From the NCBI RefSeq assembly GCF_009914755.1, contig NC_060927.1: a stretch of 64,000 nucleotides of DNA. One strand, 5' to 3'. The stretch comes from the human T2T-CHM13v2.0 reference genome, Homo sapiens. The position numbers and the translations under genes were made by a program. Positions within the stretch are counted from its first letter, which is position 1. Each line of letters starts with the position of its first letter. The notes beneath the pieces are model-generated. The model had not been told where the DNA came from and made no database searches. It was given only the letters and a program-made list of their open reading frames with translations. Of the stretch, positions 59,328 through 64,000 are shown piece after piece.

Positions 59328-62300
59328 GCAATAGTGGCTCCACACTCCCAACAACACAGGAAGGGGCTCCTGGAGGCCATTCTATGAGGAACGTATTTCC
59401 CTCCATACTTGCCCAGAGTCTCCTTGGAGTCTTTGTTCCTGGTCTTAAGCAGCCAGAGGAGCAGGGGTACAGCCTGGAGGGGAAGGAAGAGAGTTGGAGG
59501 TAGCACAGGGCAGAAGGGCACCCCTAGTCCAGCCTGTCAATGCCCAGAGTTCAGCAGATTGAAAAGCTGAATCCCCAGCACCTCTTGCCGCACTAGACTA
59601 TAGGAGAGACACAGGGCTGGTCAGGGTGGTGTTTGGTGGGCTCAAGACAGAAGGGGACAGGGAGCACAGTTGAGAGAAATAGGAGGCCCCAGATCAGACC
59701 AAGAGAAACTGTGAACTGGAGCCAGAGGTCTGAGTCCTGCCACCAGCCATGACTTAGCCAAGACCTGCCTCTCAAGGCAACTCTCCCACCTGGCTCTGGA
59801 CCTCAGTTTCTTCCCTTGCCAAATGGGGCTGATGGTTACCCCTGCCCTGTCCTTCCAGGAGTGCTGTGAGCTCAAAGGAGGTGGACACACAGGAGCCCTT
59901 TGTATCTTAGAGGACCACACACACAGGTCACATCCCTGGACTCAAGTGGCCAGACTCCATAGACACTATGGCCACGGTGCGGCTGGGAGGAGGCACACAA
60001 CATAATTTCCATTGGCTCCATTTCCCCAGCCACACCCCTCTCAGGGGTCCCAGTTTGAACTCAGATCCAGGTGGCACCTGGCCCAAGGCTCCCTGCATGG
60101 TATTGTTACCACGACAACCCCAGAAATTAGTGTTGGGGCTTTTCCTTTGGTGACAGGATGGGTCCCAGAGGCCCTACACAATACTGTTGCTGTAGGCAAG
60201 TTTGCTGGGAGATAACTCATTTCAGTGGGGCTGCCCTTGCCCATATAGGTGACCACCGTGGCAGGGGCTCCTTGCCCAATGGAGAGAGCCCCCTGCTTCA
60301 CCAGCTGTAGGGACAGCAAGTGTTTTCCACTCACAGCCAGGGTTTGACATTGATCTACACGACTGCCACTAGTCCCAGCTCTACCCATCCCCAGCAGTCT
60401 CCATCACCCATCACCCCTCCTGGGTATCCATCTCCCTCCAACCTGCAATCTCAGCTCCTGGGGGCTCTTCTCTTATGCTCTTGGCTTATTAGTTCTATTT
60501 CAGGAAAGAAAGAAAACCCTAGGGAGGGAAGTTGTCGCTGGAGACAGGATCAGTGGTTCTCAACTGGTGGTAAGCGGGCAGGAAGGCGGCCTTTAAAATC
60601 TGAATTGCTTTTTGGAAATAAGCAAAAGCTAGGTGTCACTCGGATCTGAGTTCAAGTTGAGATCCCTGAGAGGGGTGGGGCTGGGGAAATAGAGTCAGTG
60701 GAAATTGTATTCTGATGTCTCCTCCTTTCTTCCTCTCAGGGAGTTAGTCTCTTCCGTCTTCACCTCTCAAAAGGCATACAGGTGGGCAGGGGCCTGGGGA
60801 GCCTCTGGATGGGGCAGTTTCCACCCTTCCAGGGCATCCATGAGCAGATGGACTGACCTCCACTGGGGACAAGCCGGGCTGTGGGAGGAATCACATGGGC
60901 CCCCCAGGAAAGGCGTGGGGATGTGTGGGGCCTAACATGGAGTGCCCTGCCTTACTCTCTCCTCTTGGAAGTTGCACTCCGGAGGGTCTCTTGCTTGAAG
61001 CACATGATCTCCTGGAGGCTGACCCTGAGATCCCGGGGGGTTGGAAGTCTTTGTCCTGGCAGAGGAATGGAGAGATGCTTCCCAAAGCAGTCCCATGTCC
61101 AAGGGCAGGCCTTGCCTGAGGAGTCCCAGCTGCCCTCTCCATATTCATGTCCAGAGTAAAGGCCTACCTACAGGAACTGGAACCCAAACCCACCAGGCTG
61201 CCCCACAACTGAGCTGGCTTGAGCCTGGTCCTCTTCTGGAAAGCTTGTGCATCCTCCAACTCAGCCTTGGCCTCCACCCGTGCCCAGCCCAACTTATCGT
61301 TCAACCCCAGACTCTGCTGAGAGAAGCTGGAAGAAGTTCTGTCACTGAAGCCAGGACATCTTGTTGCAGATCAGGCCTGGACTGGGATAGGCTCCAAGGT
61401 TTCCAGCCCTAGCATTAGCAGCCCAGCTTATGTGGTCACCATGTCTCTGGTCCTGCACCCTGTGTGCTGCCTGCAATGGGGCCTTTAAGAGATCTTTTGG
61501 CATGTATGAGGAGCCAGCACGGTACAAACCACAGGCCTGGTCCTTCCCTCTCATTCCTTGTTTGACCAACAGGAACTGTTCATTGCCCTTTGGAGTGGAG
61601 CAAGCAGTGAGGGGTATGGCAAGAGGGGAGGGGGCAGGCTCCTGGAAGTCTCAGGCCCCCAGAAGCAGAACAATTCCTCAGAACAACCGGTCAGAGATAA
61701 GTGAGAGTAGGCTGGGCACGGTGGCTCATATTTGTAATTCTAGCACTTTGGGAGGCTGAAATGGGCAGATAATGAGGTCAGGAGTTCGAAACCAGCCTGG
61801 CCAACATGGTGAAACTCCATCTCTACTAAAAATACAAAAAATTAGCCGGCCATGGTGGCGTGTGCCTGTAGTCCCAGCTACTTGGGAGGCTGAGACAGGA
61901 GAATCACTTGAACCCAGGAGGCAGAGGTTGCAGTGAGCCTAAATGGGTCACTTAGAAAATTGATGTTTGGGCCAGGCGCAGTGGCTCACGCCTGTAATCC
62001 CAGCACTTTGGGAGGCTGAGGCGGGCAGATCACAAGGTCAGGAGATCGAGACCACCCTGGCTAACACGGTGAAACCCCGTCTCTATTAAAAATACAAAGA
62101 ATTAGCCGGGCGTGGTGGTGGGCCCCTGTAGTCCCAGCTACTCAGGAGGCTGAGGCAGGAGAATGGCGTGAACCAGGGAGGCAGAGCTTGCAGTGAGCTG
62201 AGATCATGTCACTGCACTCCAGCCTGGGCGACAGCGCGAGACTCCGTCTCAAAAAGAAAAGAGAGAAAATTAAATTGATGCATGGCTATTGGCTTGGGGG

Positions 62301-62798
62301 AGTTTTTTGTCCAGTTATTTTTTTGTTAAAGTGACCCTGGCACCCCTTGTGCTGGGTGATGGCCTGGCTGGGCTTGCTTCTGTCTCAGGCTCCTGGAGTT
62401 TAGGATTCCTGCCCTCTGCAACCTCCTCACTTACCCACCTCCGGTGGTCTACTTGGACTCAGAACAAGCCCCAGTTTCCCACTTGGGGCCCCCACTGAGT
62501 CTCTTGTGGACCACTGTCCCCTACCCTCTGTCACGGTTTCCAACACTCTGCTCCCCTCCTGTCTCCTCATCCAGCTCCTGCTGGCCACCATGCCTTTGCT
62601 CAGGCCGTTCCCCTGGCCCTGTTACTCTCCCTTCCATCTCAAGTCTGCCTTCTTCCCAGATTCCTCCCCTGACACTGTGGCCTCTGCCACCTCCCCTTAT
62701 GCCTTCTCCTGCAGTAGGGGCAGCAGCAGTCTTGCCTGAACTAGATTGGTGTTGCCACCACAGCTGCACCATGACCTCAGGGCTGAGTATCTGCATGA

Positions 62799-63017
<219 letters not shown>

Positions 63018-63517
63018 TAGTAGAGACAGGGTTTCATCATGTTGGCCAGGCTGGTCTCAAACTCCTGACCTCAGGTGATTCACTCACCTCGGCCTCTCAA
63101 AGTGTAGGGATTACAGGTGTGAGCCACCGTGCCCGGCCGAGAGCACCAATTCTAAGTCCACTTGTGACCTGAGTGATGTGACCTGGCTGTTGGTTGGCAT
63201 CTTACCCTGGCAGTAACAAAAAGGATGGCTGGAGAGTGGGGACCTGGGACATAAAGGGAGATGGGGAAGGCTGGTCTGGGGTACAGGCAAGGTGCCAGGA
63301 GAGGCAGCATGCAGTTCTGGCCTCCTGCAGGGGTTCTGCCACTGGGGAGCACAAGGGAAAGAAGGAAACTGACCAGATTCTGAGCTGGAATTTTTACTGG
63401 GCTGGGCAGAGATGTCCACAGTGGATAGTTTGGAAAAGGCTGAGATGGGGGACTGCAGGAGAGGGGTGGTCATGAGAGCTTGGAGTAGTTGGAGCCGTCT
63501 TAGAAAGTCTTAGGCAC

Positions 63518-63675
63518 GCCCAGCTACTCAGGAGGCTGAGGCTGAGGCAGGAAAATCGCTTCAACCTGGGAGGCAGAGGTTGCAGTGAGCCGAGATTGCA
63601 CCACTGCACTCCACCCAGACAACAGAGCAAGACTCCGTCTCAAAAAATAAAATAAAATAAAAGGAAAAGAAAAAA
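63518..63675 (+). mobile_element. 5'-truncated AluS right arm immediately upstream of the MAST2 segment (possible SVA 5' transduction)
   Basis: Begins mid-element at GCCCAGCTACTCAGG, carries a GCTGAG duplication, and ends in an A-rich tail ~10 nt before the MAST2 sequence. Confidence 0.85.
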
Positions 63676-63685
63676 GAAATTTCAG

Positions 63686-64000
63686 GCAGAGGAGGTCGCG
63701 GCGCCGGAGGCCCCAGAAGGGTCGAAGGCGCCGCGGGCTGGGGTCGGTGGCTTAGGGAGCCCGTCTGGCCATGGTGGCCGCGGCTGGTGGTTGGCGCGGC
63801 TGCGCTGCGGCCCGGGGCAGTGCGGAGCCAGGACAGTCGCGGCGCTGACGCCCGCGGGCCCCAGCTGCAGATATGAAGCGGAGCCGCTGCCGCGACCGAC
63901 CGCAGCCGCCGCCGCCCGACCGCCAGGAGGATGGAGTTCAGCGGGCAGCGGAGCTGTCTCAGTCTTTGCCGCCGCGCCGGCGAGCGCCGCCCGGGAGGCA
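63686..64000 (+). mobile_element. 5' end of an SVA_F1 (MAST2-SVA) element: MAST2 exon 1-derived CpG-rich segment; the element runs off the window
   Basis: ATG at 63873 gives MKRSRCRDRPQPPPPDRQEDGVQRAAELSQSLPPRRRAPPGR, the MAST2 N-terminus. MAST2 is on chromosome 1, so this is a retrotransposed copy. Abrupt start after an A-rich tract; CpGs essentially unmutated. Confidence 0.85.

Noticed and set aside
59749-59759. ARE/NRF2-like ATGACTTAGCC motif
   Set aside because: A single short motif inside MIR-like sequence; chance occurrence is likely.

Overview
Human genomic DNA, recognisable as the CDC25A locus (3p21.31, from recall). The complete CDC25A cell-cycle phosphatase gene lies on the minus strand. 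I resolved all 15 coding exons by GT-AG boundaries: ATG at 41119, TGA at 12105-12107, 1575 nt, 524 aa. It has a ~1.8 kb 3'UTR dense in miRNA seed matches and a CpG-island promoter with E2F, CCAAT, GC-box and ZNF143-like sites. Two processed pseudogenes sit antisense in its introns: an NDUFB1 retrocopy with an intact ORF (intron 5) and a degraded SNRPF retrocopy broken by Alus (intron 13). Upstream of the gene are MIR4443 and a MER41A LTR with a truncated internal region. At the right edge is a MAST2-exon-1-derived CpG-rich segment preceded by a truncated Alu, the signature of the human-specific SVA_F1 retrotransposon; the SVA body would lie beyond the window. About 90 Alu copies or fragments (manual count) explain most ORFs in the supplied track. 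I see no convincing wholly new biological system. The best leads are the SVA_F1 5' end, a predicted poison exon in the antisense NDUFB1 retrocopy, a candidate 5'UTR intron, a sense-oriented intronic LTR poly(A) signal, and inverted Alu pairs with very short spacers. Gene and repeat names come from recall of reference and consensus sequences, not from database searches.
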